Of a DNA stretch of 64,000 bases, positions 1 through 13,800 are shown piece by piece. The stretch covers positions 7,688,001 to 7,752,000 of the forward strand of contig CM120640.1 in assembly GCA_051362555.1 (NCBI GenBank), given 5' to 3'. Under the pieces are notes generated by a model. The model saw only the letters and a program-made list of their open reading frames with translations, did no database searches and had not been told where the DNA came from. Position numbers and translations under genes: made by a program. This DNA comes from Lingula anatina (taxonomy: Eukaryota; Animalia; Brachiopoda). Each line of letters starts with the position of its first letter. Within the stretch, counting starts at the first letter, position 1.

Positions 1-159
1 TTTATCAGACTAGAACGCGTGGCGATAAAATGTGTCGCTAGATCTTGTAAACACTCAGCGAAATGCACCTTATGACTATATTCATTGTGTCGTCACTTAA
101 TTGCATTATCGGTTTCATGAACTGACGATAGTAATTGCAGTTAAAAAGGTAGAGGAAAT

Positions 160-1450
160 CATATGTGCAACACTGGAAACACATTTCAAGGAAAACCGAT
201 AGGCCTGTTGTCATGAAACTCACTGAAGTAATCAATCTTACTAAAACGCAGGTCAAGTTAAAAAATCAGCATGATTGGGCCACTATTTTAGTAGTTATGC
301 TGTTTTTTTTCACTTTTCAGCATATATGCAACACTGTAAACACAGTTTAAGAAAAACAGATAGGCCAATTGACATTAAACTCACAGGAGTGGTCAATCTT
401 GCTAAAACGCAGGTGGAGTTCGAAAATCAGCATAATTGGGCCATTAGAAGTTATGCTGTTTTTTTCACATTTCCTCAGATTCAATTCTTAGGCATGTTAA
501 CAGTCTCATTATTGAACTAATAAGAAACGTAAAAGTGTTTGTTTGACATTTCCTGCATCTTTACCACATTGTTAGTTGATTTTGTAAAAATGATAGTAAA
601 CTTAAGCTTGTTATCATGTATTGTGTAACAAAGTTTCAAAAATGGAAATAAACTCATATCATTCCAGTTTGTCAGATTCAATCATTCACTATGTTCAGAA
701 TCCCAGAATGGAGGAAATTGGACATTTAACACTGTTGTATTGATATTTTTCCCATCTCATCAATTTTCTTAGTTGATCATATAAAAATGGCAGTAAGCTG
801 TTAATTTGGTTTTATGTTAAAAATTGTTAAATATGGGAAAAAACATTTCAGAACAGTGCTGTCTTGTTTACAATTTGGCATTTTCAAGGTGTGACTTTGA
901 AGTTCCATGGGCCTGAAGACCTTTGCTAGTCACATTTTCTGAATACCCATGATACTAATATTTTATTATTAAAAATTGATGTCATTATGCTGTTAAACAT
1001 TATGTAATATTGCATCAAAATTTGAAGAAACCTCTATTTTGGGCACTGCTCCCATGATGACCATTAAAGGAAAACCATGTCACTTACTGTCCTCAAACTT
1101 ACGGGAAAGAAACATGAGTCTAAAATACAGCAAATACAGTAAGCAATGCAGTCTGTTTGGTCAATTTTTTCTGGCAGTTTAACAGTTTTCTTGTGAAAAT
1201 TTAATATTTCACATATTGCATTATTGGCATTTTCAAGGTGTGACTTAGAACCTCCATGGGCTAGAAGACCCATGCTAGTCACATTTTCTGAAAATCCATG
1301 ATACGTATATTTTATCATTAAAAATCGATGGTCATCATGCCATTAAGCATTATATTATATTGCATCAAAATAGAAGAAAACACAATTTTGGGTGCTGCTG
1401 CCATGATGACCATTATGGGAAAACCATTTTACTTATGATTGTCAAATTTT

Positions 1451-1483
<33 letters not shown>

Positions 1484-2050
1484 AACACAGGACTAAAATG
1501 CAGCCCGAGTTGGAAAAGTAGTCTAATTGGCTTCTTTTTCTGAAGTTATACATTTTAGTGAAATATTCATTTTTATCGTGTTGGCATATTCATTGTGGGA
1601 CTCAGAGCTCCCATGGACATGAAGCCGAATGGTAATCAAATTTTCTACATGTCCATGCTATTTATAGCCAATAAAAAATTGATGATAGTTATTCTGTAAT
1701 TTATTATATTATGTAATGTTACATCAACAAAAATGCGCTGCTACTACAAACATTATGAAAAGAAAACTGTGTTACTTATTATTATTTTTAACTTACAAGT
1801 ATGATTTTTAGGATTGGCATGCAGTTCAAATTAGAAAGCCAGCTCAATTGGGTTATCATTTATTATTGAATTTATGCAATTTTGTGTGAAATTTTCATTT
1901 TTCTCATTCTGGCATTTTCAAAGTGTGAACTCTCATGGTCCTGAAGCCTTATGCTTGTTACACATTTTACTTACATTGGTATTACCTGTTGAGAATAAAA
2001 AATTGCAGGTAAGCATAATGTACTTTGGCATCAGAATTGACAGTAGCCTA
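160..2050. repeat. Degenerate interspersed/tandem repeats, probably the interior of an old DNA transposon
   Basis: ~160 bp duplicate (165-330 vs 325-480) and ~350 bp related units (870-1110, 1220-1450, weaker at 1580 and 1910). Confidence 0.55.
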
Positions 2051-4019
2051 TTTTGTGCATTGTTATTGTCTGCTTTTTGTCTGTACATTTGACAGCTTTG
2101 CTGCCTTGTTTAAATACAGATTACAACATGCTGTACAATGACCGAGTCGTAAAAGGAAACTTCTTTGTCTTAAAATCAATTCATTTCGAATTTAAAAGAA
2201 GCAGTTTTTTCGGGAGGCGTGGGAGGGGGGAGACATAGTTCACGTCTGGTGATTCATTAAAGCCGAGTGGTGTTTCACTATCAAATATGTAAAACATATG
2301 TCATAAGAACACTATAATTAATTTTTGTTACAATCTGCAACATTTGTAAATTTATATAGCAGGGCGATGTTAACGCCAAAGGTAAATAGTAACTAATACC
2401 GTAATCCTTCTTGTCCATTTATTTCAATCGTATCAAAACGTTTGATACACAATGCTCATAAATGTCATAGTTTTTTCGATTTTTTGAAACCATATTTGTA
2501 CAGAGTGGGTAAGCATGAGTTAAGCAACAACCAGTATGAAAGACAACTGTCCTTTTAGGTGAGGCAAGACACCCTCTTCACACTGATTATAACCTTAAGA
2601 CCCCATTTCCAGAGATTAGATCGATCTACTTTAGATCGACCTAACTCCCTGGGGGTTCACGCTAAATGGCTGTCAGCCGAGCGGAGACGAAAGTTAATTA
2701 CAAGACAATGTAGGCGAGCAAGTGGAGTAATTACATTACACAATCAAAAGGAAATTAGTTTAGAAAGCTTACTTAGATCGGGTCAGCCCTTTTCTTGTTC
2801 GAAAGAGAGAGATAGATATCGCGACGCGGCCTTCGTGTGTTCGTGTAAACGTGTGAAAGACAGGCAACGGAGTTGAATCGCTGTTGATATTGTTTGTAAT
2901 CAATACTGAAGTAAACCCCCTTCGCCTACATGTAAATGTGTTAGCTTGCCTCATGTTCACTATAAACCAGTCATCCAGACTTGCTTTGATTTGGTGTTAA
3001 CCTGACACTGGTTTTAAAAGAACAAATATAGGTATGTTGGAAGGATTAAATCACCGACTTCGTTATATTTTAACTAAATTTGGTCATTTACACAGTAACA
3101 CAGATGACATTTATAAGTTGTCTGTCGTTTAGCACGCATTACAGTGAGAGTAGCCAACAGTGACGCTGATCAAACTTACGCTTTAATAAATAATCAGCAC
3201 AAGGCACCCTAGGTTCTAGATTCCGGTATTGCCAGCTCGATCTTGATTTCATTTATAACCTTTAGTAGCAATACCAGGCTCTAGCGAACAGCGGCAACTC
3301 GGGGGCGTTCTTCTTCAAAATTCTGCCTGGTGCGCTTCCATATTTGGAAGTCACACGTCACAGCTGTGTCCGCGTGATATATTTGGAAGTCATAAGTCTC
3401 GTACGTCACAGGTTTGCCCGCCTGGAGCTGCCTTTCCCGCCTTGCGCTGAAGTCTCGTGCAGCCGAGACAAGAAGCAATTAAAGTGCCTGACGCGGAGTT
3501 AGAAGTTTGAATTGAAAATATCTTGCAGTCGAAGGTCAGTGCCACAATACAAGCATCATTCTGCTGTAAAAACTTATTTTCGTGTAGCCATTGCGCAGCC
3601 CTTATAGTGGTATCGGGCATACAGTGTAGCTGTCAAATTTGGCACACGGCAAGCATATGTATTGTGCAAGTGTATATCTCAGGCCTAAATGTTCTTTGAT
3701 AAGCAAAAAATACAAAAACATTGGATATATCTTTTCTTTCAGAAGAATATTATTTATTTTTTCTCTTTACATCTTAAATACAGCAAAAAAAATTAAATAA
3801 AGCAGAATTAAATTTGTTTTACGTTTTATTTTGGTCTGATGACATTCAACTGCAGATTCACTGCGGAGCAGTTCTATTTAATTGACGATAACCTAGCTTG
3901 GCCGCTGGTCTTCAGTGCTAGTAAAAGCGACTCCACCACAAGGTATATTTTGCAAGCTAGCTTTTACGTTGCTCTGACACTCAGGGTACCAATATGGCAA
4001 GATACAGGCAATTATCTAA

Positions 4020-5402
4020 CGGTTATATATAGGTGCAAGTTATTAACCTGAAGAGGCGGAATATAAGCAATGTCAGAATATCGATACAATTGAATTGTTC
4101 AGTCAGAACCGAGCAGAGGGTCTGGTCTCGGTATAGAAACACTGGATCAAGAGACAAATTGCCTCTGATGGGTCGTTCAAGAAAAACTACTGGTCGTGAA
4201 GACCGACGACTAATTTTGATGTCCAGGTTGTCAAAGTCCGACATTGCTTGTCAGTTGACAACACAGTGGAACAATTTCACATTATAAGAATGTGTCTGTG
4301 AAAATTGCTAGGCGTCGGTTACATGCTCATATAGTGTACAGCAGGGTAGCAAGACTGAAACCTCTTATAACGTTACAAAACAGGCAACGTAGAGTGAACT
4401 AGGGTCAACAGGATCTGGAACTGGACAGTCCATGACAATTTGTCCTAAATATTTTTTCTGATGAGTGTCGCTTTGGTCTGACCTCTGATGACAGACGTGC
4501 ACGATGCTGGCGAACTGCTGGTAAAGCATTTGAACCAAAAGCACTGAATTTTTGAACCCGGAGCAGCATATTCATCATGGAGCAGCTGCATCAGCATCCA
4601 TAGCGTGGGAGAATTGATAGTGGTTGATGGAAACATGAATCACTAGAAACATATCGATGTTTTGGAGTCAGGCCTGCCACCATCTATTACTAACATTTTT
4701 GGTGACAAGAATTATTCATTTGTTCACCAGGATGACAATGCTCCTTGTCACAGGCCCAGGGCAGTTGATTAGTTTGACCAACAGGACATTCGCAGGGTGA
4801 TGTGGCCTGCCCAGAGTCCGGATGCAAACATAATAGAAAATGTGTGGAATGATATGTCAAAACTTTTGACAAATGTCCGTCTAACCAGCAGAGAAACTCT
4901 GTTATATTCAGTGTTTCATGTTTGGGCCAGCATAAGCCCTGAACGCATCAGACAATTATATGAATCCTTGCCTCGTAGACTGGCACCTATTATTAGGTCA
5001 CGTGGCTATGCCACTAAGTGCTAATTTTATAATATAATATAATATAATATAATATAATATAATAATAATAATTTATTTGCTAAAATCGCAACCTAAAGGT
5101 TGAAGTTTTACAATGTGTCTTAAATAATAAAATCATAAGGTATTTTAAAATTAACAAAAAATTATAAACTAAAAGACCAAAGCTTTAAAACAAGACTTAT
5201 TAGACAGTTTGAAGCAGTAATTTACATAATTTTGGACTTGAAACTGCATTTTTTGGTAGAATGTTTATTTTGTTCTCATTTTGTGTTTTTTGTGAAATTT
5301 GATGTTAATAAAATGATACCAGCAACATATCATTCTACATTCATTTAGCTCCCCCATAGTATTGGTTCAGTAGGGGGTGACACTTCTATTGTCCAGTGTG
5401 TG
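4020..5402 (+). mobile_element. Degenerate Tc1/mariner element (5' end not resolved)
   Basis: GRSRKTTGREDR, FSDE, QDDNAPCH and WPAQSPDANIIENVW, with stops and frameshifts. 3' terminus ggtgacacttctattgtccagtgtgtg followed by TA. Confidence 0.88.
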
Positions 5403-8400
5403 TATATAAATTATCATGTGGTTGATGGCTGAAATGATTTGATCAGCTCTTACCATCTATTGGGCAAGTTTATTGACACAAAGTAGTCTGATTTTGAGTG
5501 AAAGGGAACTAGTTTTCAAATATAGAGGGTGATTTTGCATTTCTATACAATTATATTTAAGTATTATAAAAATGAAATTATATATTCAGTTGAAATTAGT
5601 GGGTAAATTGATTTTTCCAAAACGTCGATATAATTTTACCTCTCTAGCAGTTTGAAGCTGAGTAATGGCATATACATATAAATGTTTTATTCCATTTATT
5701 CATATAGATAAACACCATCTAAATATGGACAAGTTTTTCCATGAAGGCAGTGTAGAAAGGGCATATTTGATTGTAATTAACTGCACAAATTTTAGAATTA
5801 TTTGTTTGTTGCACTGTCATGGCCATTTGTGGCCACGGTGAATTTTTGGATTAGCCAAGTAAATATATTTGGCCGAAAATCTTTTGAAAATTAATGGCCA
5901 GTGAAATCTTAATGAACAGAAATGATTTATATTTAGATAATAGCCTAATAGGTTAATTCAGTTTATCAGAAAGAGCAAAAGAGGCATTTTGAAACGAAAA
6001 TGTAAAACATATTCGGTCAGCACAGCAATATGTATAAACGATGTTTTGTGATGGCCACCATGAATTTCAGGTTTTATTACACTGAAAAAAGAGGATAAAG
6101 GAGTAACAATCACTGTAAACAGTAATTATGCAATTTTTTTCATATTAGCATATCCATAAACCTAACATTTTTCAATTTCAATGCTGCTTTCAAAGTTTAC
6201 AAAAAGCTACTTTCAGTAATAAGAAGAAAATCAACATTAATCTATCGCCATCTTGGATATGCTTCCATTTTGGCAATTTAACTATGATTATTTTTTCAAA
6301 TAATTTTATTGATAACTGAGATCCAAGTCTAATTTTTTATAAAAAGTTTACAATACATCGAGTTCATATATTTGAAATACATGGCAATTTAAAGGTCTCA
6401 GAAATTATAATTCTAAAACCCCTGTGTTACTATGGCAACAGCTGAATCTGTCACACATATCAACATGGCAAACAAACAGAATATTTGAACTTAGGGCCTA
6501 AGCTGTCAGAAAATCATAGTAAATAAAAATTGCTAAAAGGGCTGAGCTAGCTTGAGTTTATTAAATTTTATTTTGTATTGGAATAATGTATTATATCATT
6601 TCATGTGTAAGCAAATTGGTGGCCATTTTGAATTTTGAAAGTTATAATGCAATCTGAATTAACACAATTTATAGGTCCATAATCAGTAGACCCAACAGTA
6701 ATAAAGAATGTAATTTGGGGTGATTAATGTGGCATCTTTTCAGTTAGGACAGCCGTATGTGAAAAACGTGTTTTGTGGCAGCCACCTTGATTTTCAGGAT
6801 TTTAAGTCAAAATTAAAAGGTTACTTCTTCAACAAGCACTTTAGACTGACAGCAGAGGCTTTTTGCCATTATGGAACATCACAACACATGCCCCATTGGC
6901 CATAGAATCCACTTGTCTGAAATTAAATTTCCCAAAAAAGCTTTCATTTGCCCACCCCTACTTACAGCTTTTAATATGCGGGGCAGACGCTTAAGCCGGC
7001 TAAGCTGACAGTAATCTAGTGAGACACCCCACAAAGATAGATCGATCTAAAATCTATGGGAATGGGGTCTAAGTGTTAATTGTCTGTGCTGAGGATGCCA
7101 TTATGACGCGACGATTAAGAGGCCTCAGATTTAGAGAGCATGCATACGATCTTACTTACGCGCAATACCAATATTCTTCCTTTTATTCAGCAACCTCAAA
7201 TAAGGAAGGCATACTGGGATGAGCTAATATGATAAAGCGCCACTATCTCAACAGTCAGTAATAACCATTGTCAAGAAACAATCTATCTGCACAGCAGCAG
7301 ATTAATGTCCTTTACAGAGACTACAGGTTGTTTTTATTAAATATTCACACATTTTTCTGTTGCCGGGGACTTCAAAATTCACAAGCATTATCGGTTACCT
7401 CACGCAGTCTTTGTTTATACAGTAGTTTGTAATTCTCCATAATACGTTGTGTACAGTCTATAGAAATAAAGTCGTATTGTGTGTTTACCCTCTTCCAGGG
7501 TCGACGTTATTATTGTGGACATTTCGTGCTGATCAATCAGAGGTAGAGGGTAATTATGTGCTGGCATGGAGGCTGCACTGGGAGCATTGGGTGCATACAA
7601 TATTAAGTTATCAATGCAATGTACCTATCATGTATTCAGTCGTTATATCATTTTAAACAGATACATGCATTTTATATCAAAGTTTGAGTCTAATGCAATT
7701 TGACATTTGGAGATTTATTTGATAATTTCCGGATTTTACAAACATCATTAGTTTCCACTACTGCCAATAGGAAGTGGCGAAGTTAATTCAGGTGCAACCA
7801 AAACCTCCGCTAACGAAATGTACAACAGAATGTAAAATCTACAAGGAATTCGGATTGTTTAAATCGGCACCTTAAATTTGTCACTGAGTCGGATAACTCC
7901 AAAATATAGGGGTGTGGATGGTGGTGGGTGGGGTACCACCTGGTATCAGGGGCTTCTAAAATAGTATACAAAAGTAACAGACTACTAGCGCACCCTATAG
8001 TTACTTTCGTCTGCACAATGATACTGTCTTCCCATCTGGTATACTATTTGTCTTGGAAGCGGGACCGTATGTCTATCTTAACTTGTCTTTTTAAGGTAAT
8101 GAAGACTGCCTCCATTTAAATGGAGGGAGGTGAAAGAAAATGGGTAGTTGTCCCCTCTTCCCTTCCCCAGCTCGCAGATTCCCAACTAAAAAGGAGAAGG
8201 AATTTCTGCCGAATTTGGAGCAGTAGCTAGGACTGAAAATGGCCAGACACACTGGTAAGCGCCTACAGGAGACATAGGTCGCATTCAGAAAAGCGGACTA
8301 ACAGATCAGAGGAGGACCAAATGTAGCAACCCACTTAAAGCTTGTCGCTTTATTCCTGATTAGACACTGAATAGATTCCCGTCGGGGGTTGCGCAACAAG

Positions 8401-9774
8401 CATTCAAGTGGGTAGTTGCCCCAATCCATATGCTGAAACCAACATTCTGTTGCCAATGGCTTCACCGTTACCCTGGCACAGGGAGCTTTCGGGGAGCTTC
8501 ATCTTGCTCTTGAAAGGATGCCCCGGGGATGCAGTTGACATTTAACTTTTATAACCAGTGCAAAAAAAAAAACTTTCTTCTTTTAATATACTTGAAATTC
8601 ACCCCACTATCGATCGTTGCAATGAAAATGTTATTGAGATAAAAAATTCGAAGCCCAGAAATTCTTGTCTACATGTACTTTACCTGGAGCATAAGAGCCT
8701 TAAATCTGTTTTCCCAAAATAACAAGAGAGAAAGAGGGGGGAGAAGTGGGGGGTGAAGTGGTCTTACAATATGAAGTTTTTGCAAATCTCAGATCTTTCA
8801 TTCATAAGCCGTGCCAAAAATAATTTTGTTCGGATTCAAAACGGACAACTATTTTGTAGAATTTCAAAGCCCCAGAACCTTTTCAAAGTATCAAGGCAGT
8901 GTCGGGATGGAGAGTGAAAAGAACCTTATACTATACAGGTGCCATATCTAATTTTTAATTACGCTTATTCAGAGTTCAAAAGCCGAATTGCCTCTGGGGA
9001 CTGGGAACTTTTTTCTACATTATATTTCACAACTCCATTTCTTTTAATTTTTTACTTTTACATCCCAATAAGAAAGCTCCATTTTTATCTCCGAAATCAA
9101 ATCTGCACATAAATGGACAAACAATACGAGATATTATAAATTTGCTATCGCATGTGGATATGTTTATTACTATGTTTTTCAAAATCAACAGATTGAGACA
9201 TTGCTGAGGCTGGTCAACAATAATAATTTTTAGTGTAAAAATGTATGATGCAGTGATTATGAATATAAATTATAATTAAATAAAGGTGTTTTGAAGAAGT
9301 CAGCATGCACTGAAAATCGGACACATTGGAATTACGTATGGTAACATGAGATAAAGAAGTAGTACATATATGCAAACATGATAACCGAATGGCCAGTAAT
9401 AAGCAAAATGGAAATACTGATTGAATAACTTTGTAATAGTGTATTATTGTAAACATATAGCACCTTTAAGTTAAATTTGTAACTGAAATCCACGTTTACA
9501 TGCAATACATTTGTGTCGCCTATGTATTTGTCAAACAATACCTATTCGTACGATTGTTTGAAATTTCGTATTATTGTCTTTAAAACAAGTCAAAATATAA
9601 TAACCTGAAATTTATAATTGCTAGCATGAAGCGCAATATATGGAACGACTATGTTTGTTCTGTTTCTTTTCATAAACGAAATTGGCATATTATCTTACTT
9701 CAAATTTGAATAAAGCAGCAAAGTAAGATTTTAATTATCTTAATTCAAACTTGACGACTGATTGGAATCATAAT

Positions 9775-10826
9775 TTAATCCCTGTTGGCTGGCAAGTAAG
9801 AAAAATCCGGCAGATCACGTGTCTGAAAACGGAACGGTTCGGTAAGTGTTGAATGAACACGTGGTACCTGCTTCAAGCGCCCTGCGTCGCTTTTCATCAT
9901 GGTGTTCACGTGCTGAAAAAGTCTATAAATGCTAAGCTCTTTCGTCATTTCGCTGACCAGATGTTTGGTGAAATAACTCAAGGATGTGCGGTCGCCAGCA
10001 GAAGAGAGGGTATCGTCCGCGCATGAATACATCTTAACAAATCCATACCCCTGGTGGGACTCATTTAAGCGACGGAAGTCTCTTCCGTCCTGTTCGCTGC
10101 TGGTCTCGACGCTCGGAGTTGCGGCGCGACTTCCGAAAGTACTCTGAGTACTGTTTTCTACCTCGTCGTCACAATCTTCCACTTGTGCACCACGTGTCCC
10201 GGTCTCGGCTATTGGTGTACCACTGGGGTTCACGCTTCCAGCAGCGCATGGGGGACATGAAGTGGACGACATCTTCGGTATTGTACTAGATTCTGGTGCG
10301 TCTTCAAAAACATCATCATCATCCAGATTACCGAGCGAAAGGTCCTCCACGGCCTTCCTGAAATTTTCTGAAACTCGGTCATGGAACTGACCTGTTCCTC
10401 TGCAGGCATCGATGATAGAAATCTTCACCCTAGCCCCAGTCTTCATCATCAGCGTTTCAATTTCGCGAATATTTATGTATGAACTCGTCGTGGTTGCTTC
10501 CTCCCAGTGCCGGCGGTCATCGCTGTCGGGAACTATGAAGTGGAAACCTTTCTCGGCTGTTCCATGCCCAGAGAAGTAGAACAGCACAACTTGATCTTTC
10601 TCTGTCGGAATATTCTTTAAGGCTGAAATGATCTGCTCTTTGGTTGCGTTCTTCAATATGCACACCTCGAACGGAAAGCGAAGACTTTTGAGTTTCCGTG
10701 TCATGGCGTCGGCGTCGTTGGCACAGCATATGAGTTTGTTCCGTGTATCGGGGTCGCTGACGTAAGTGTTTCCCACAACAATGGCCGTCCTGTCCTTGAC
10801 GTGACTATAAGGAGGTGAGCGGAGAC
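9775..10826 (-). CDS. Terminal exon of copy A: caspase-hemoglobinase-fold peptidase C14 domain
   Basis: AIVVGNTY...NDADAM...NATKEQI...FYFSGHG (catalytic His)...IIDACRG (catalytic Cys), acidic linker, then a p10-like region YSCADD...FTKHL...QVP. Acceptor tttgtctctAG at 10828-10827. The TTG start in the ORF track is intronic. Confidence 0.92.
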
Positions 10827-13800
10827 CTAGAGACAAAATAAATACGGATACATGTTACCAGTATTTTTCACTTTATACCATTTTTTAATTTCGGCAATTT
10901 CCTGTCGATACTGCAAATTCACACTTTACAACCAGTTCTATTACCTGAATCGGTATGCAGGCGGGCTTTGCAATCATAGCAACTCCCCCCTCTCTCTCAA
11001 TTCAGTTGTCTCGGAACAGGTCCATCAGTGGAATCAATGCAATAGTGCTGTCACTTTCTCTCTCACAAATCGGTATACTTTACTTCTGAATTACATATTA
11101 TCAATTTTTTAATGGTTTTCGTATTTTTACCTGTAGGAATGGTAAACTGCCCACCAATTTTCTCCCAAAACACAACGGCGTCCTTCTTGGTCGACTTATA
11201 TTCTCTGTGGAGAAAGATATGTTTTGCTATGTTTTTACTGTGAGATAGCCAACAACATTAAGAACAGAAATAAGTAATAACCATCCTGGTTGCCGATACT
11301 GAAAAAAATTGTCATAATTACTTCACTCCCCTTAATTTTGAAGATTACAACAGACCATGGCTGAAATTCACGGACTACAACCCCAATAGCATTTAATATG
11401 GTAAAGAAATCGGTACATACCGCCCTATGGTTTCTTGACAGTTTGAGCAGTACACTGGACAAAACTCTGTATAATCCTTAAACCACCCATCCACTGCCTA
11501 TTAAGAAAATATATTTTTATCAGCAAAACATAAGCATTGCTTTTAAAATATATATCATATGTAATTCATCACCTTTCATGGAACTAAAAAACTTAATGCG
11601 TGAACATAAATATATTTGTTGTGGGTTCGCAGACACGTGACGTTTATGTGCGAACTGTTCAGTAAGGTCTGAGTAGTGTTAATATCATGTGACTGGTCAC
11701 TTGAGTAGTGTTATCAAATAGAAGGTGATGAGGAAAAGTAGATTTTAGAGTTAGGTCATTCGAAGGCTCTTTCGCATTCCGTGAAGATGGCAGAGAATGA
11801 TCAAACTGATTCGGGTCCACGCCCCGAGGACCCAGAAAGACAAGAAGGTTGGAAAACCGTGAAAGAGTATCAAATTTCCGACTTTGCTGACGATTCTGGA
11901 GATGAAAGAAAGATCAGAGCAGCGGAAAACAGGGCTCTTCGTCAATCGCGTAAAAACAACTACCGTTTTTCTCCATATGCCACTCCCACCGCAGCCGCAG
12001 GTGCCCCTTTTTCTACCAACAGAGCAATGGCTTCCTCGCCGTACCCAGGGCCTTTTCCTTCAGCCGCAGTCAGCTCAGCAGGCCAGTTGAATCCCAGTCT
12101 AGGGCCCAGATTTCCCACTTTTTCGTCACAGCCTTTTCGTAGGATCCGCAAACCGATGCCGTCCGACATCTGCTTCCTCTGTTTGCAGCCGGGACACTGG
12201 AGATCAAGCTGCCCCAACGCCCAAGTTAGACCAGAACCAGAGAACCAACGCAATTGAAAATGTAAAAGATAAGTATTTTCTGAAAGATCCAGAAACTTTT
12301 GAATGCTTGACAGACTTACATTTGCGCCAACATATAGAACATTTAAAAAAACTTGATCGTAATTTCTCAAAGACAGACGGCATTAAAGGAAGTCTTCGTG
12401 CCCATATGCAATTTTGGAAAGACATGAACACTTATTCTGACATTCTCAGAATCATAGAGAACGGTTACGATATTCCGTTTATATCCAATCCTCCATCCAT
12501 GTTTATGCAAAATAACAGATCAGCTATAAAAAAACGCACATTTTGTCAAAAATACAATTAAAGAATTGTTGAATACAGGTTGTATTGTTCAAGTGCCTTT
12601 TAGACCTTTTATTGTTAGTCCTCTAAGCGTTGCTGAAAACAGAGAAAAGAAGAGATTAATTTTGGATTTAAGTCAATTGAACAATCATATTAAAAAAGAT
12701 AAAGTTAAGTTCGAAGACTGGAAAGCGAGTATAGATTACTTTGAAAAAGATTGCTTAATGATTAAATTTGATCTTAAATCAGGTTACCATCATATCGATA
12801 TTTCACATAGATTTCAATCTTTCTTGGGATTTTCCTGGGATTATCATTTCTACTGTTATACCGTTCTGCCTTTCGGTCTTTCCTCTGCTCCTTATATTTT
12901 CACTAAATGGTTGAGGCCGTTAGTCAAGTATTGGAGAGAAAAAAGCATTAAGATAGTTTTATATCTAGATGACGGGATAGTCTTTTCAAAAAATTTACAT
13001 GAGTGTCAGAGAGATTCCTCGTTAGTGAGAAATTCTCTTATTCAAGCGGGTTTTTTAATCAATGAAGAAAAATCAAAACTTTCACCTGTTAATAGTTTAG
13101 AATGGCTCGGTATTATTTGGGATGCCCCATCTTTTGCTCTGTCAATACCAGAAAGGCGAAATCAAAATACTTCAATAGCAATAAAAAAAATTATTTCTAA
13201 GTTCAATTCTTTTACAGCAAGGGAGTTGGCCAGCGTCGTAGGAAAAATCATTTCCATGTCTCCTGTTCTGGGCAACATCTGCAGAATCAATACTAGATAT
13301 TGTTCTATGGCAGTAGTCAATCGATCTTCCTGGGATATCCCTTTAACCGAAGTGGACAAATGTCCCATTCTAAACGAGCTCAAATTTTGGCTTCAAAACA
13401 TTCGTTCTCACAATAACAGATCGCTTTTAAAGTCCGTCAAAAAAGAAATTATTATTTTTTCGGACGCCAGTAACGTAGGGGCGGGCGCCTTTACAGTCGA
13501 AATAGAAAACAAAATTTTTCACCAAAATTGGACTGCTCAAGAAGCTATCATGAGTTCAACGTGGAGAGAGTTAAAAGCAGTAGATCTGGCTATTATGTCT
13601 TTTGGGCATCACATAGCAAATTCTCATGTCAAATGGTTTTCGGATAATCAAAATTGCGTTAAGATTGTACAAACTGGAAGTATGAAAAAATCTTTGCAAG
13701 ATTTATCCTTCAGTATTTTTAAGACTTGCATTAATTTCGGAATTTCCATTGATATTAGCTGCCGATTACTTGAGCAAAATTATCGATTTTGACGATTGGG

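Noticed and set aside
7447-7656. 69-aa ORF retained in both units (also 37540-37749)
   Set aside because: TTG start, no motif and no convincing splice sites. Retention is explained by the duplication itself.
10395-10420. Canonical apoptotic caspase
   Set aside because: The active site is DACRG rather than QACxG, and there is no CARD or DED prodomain.
9775-10836. Stand-alone single-exon or bacterial-contaminant metacaspase gene, as the ORF track suggests
   Set aside because: The TTG/GTG starts lie in polypyrimidine acceptor tracts. A phase-compatible chain of 13 upstream exons is conserved in both copies, and the context is animal TE-rich DNA.
10845-11090. Extra exon in copy A intron 13 (~200 bp absent from B, with a CAG|GTAATA donor-like site)
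   Set aside because: Stop codons in all frames from the candidate acceptors.
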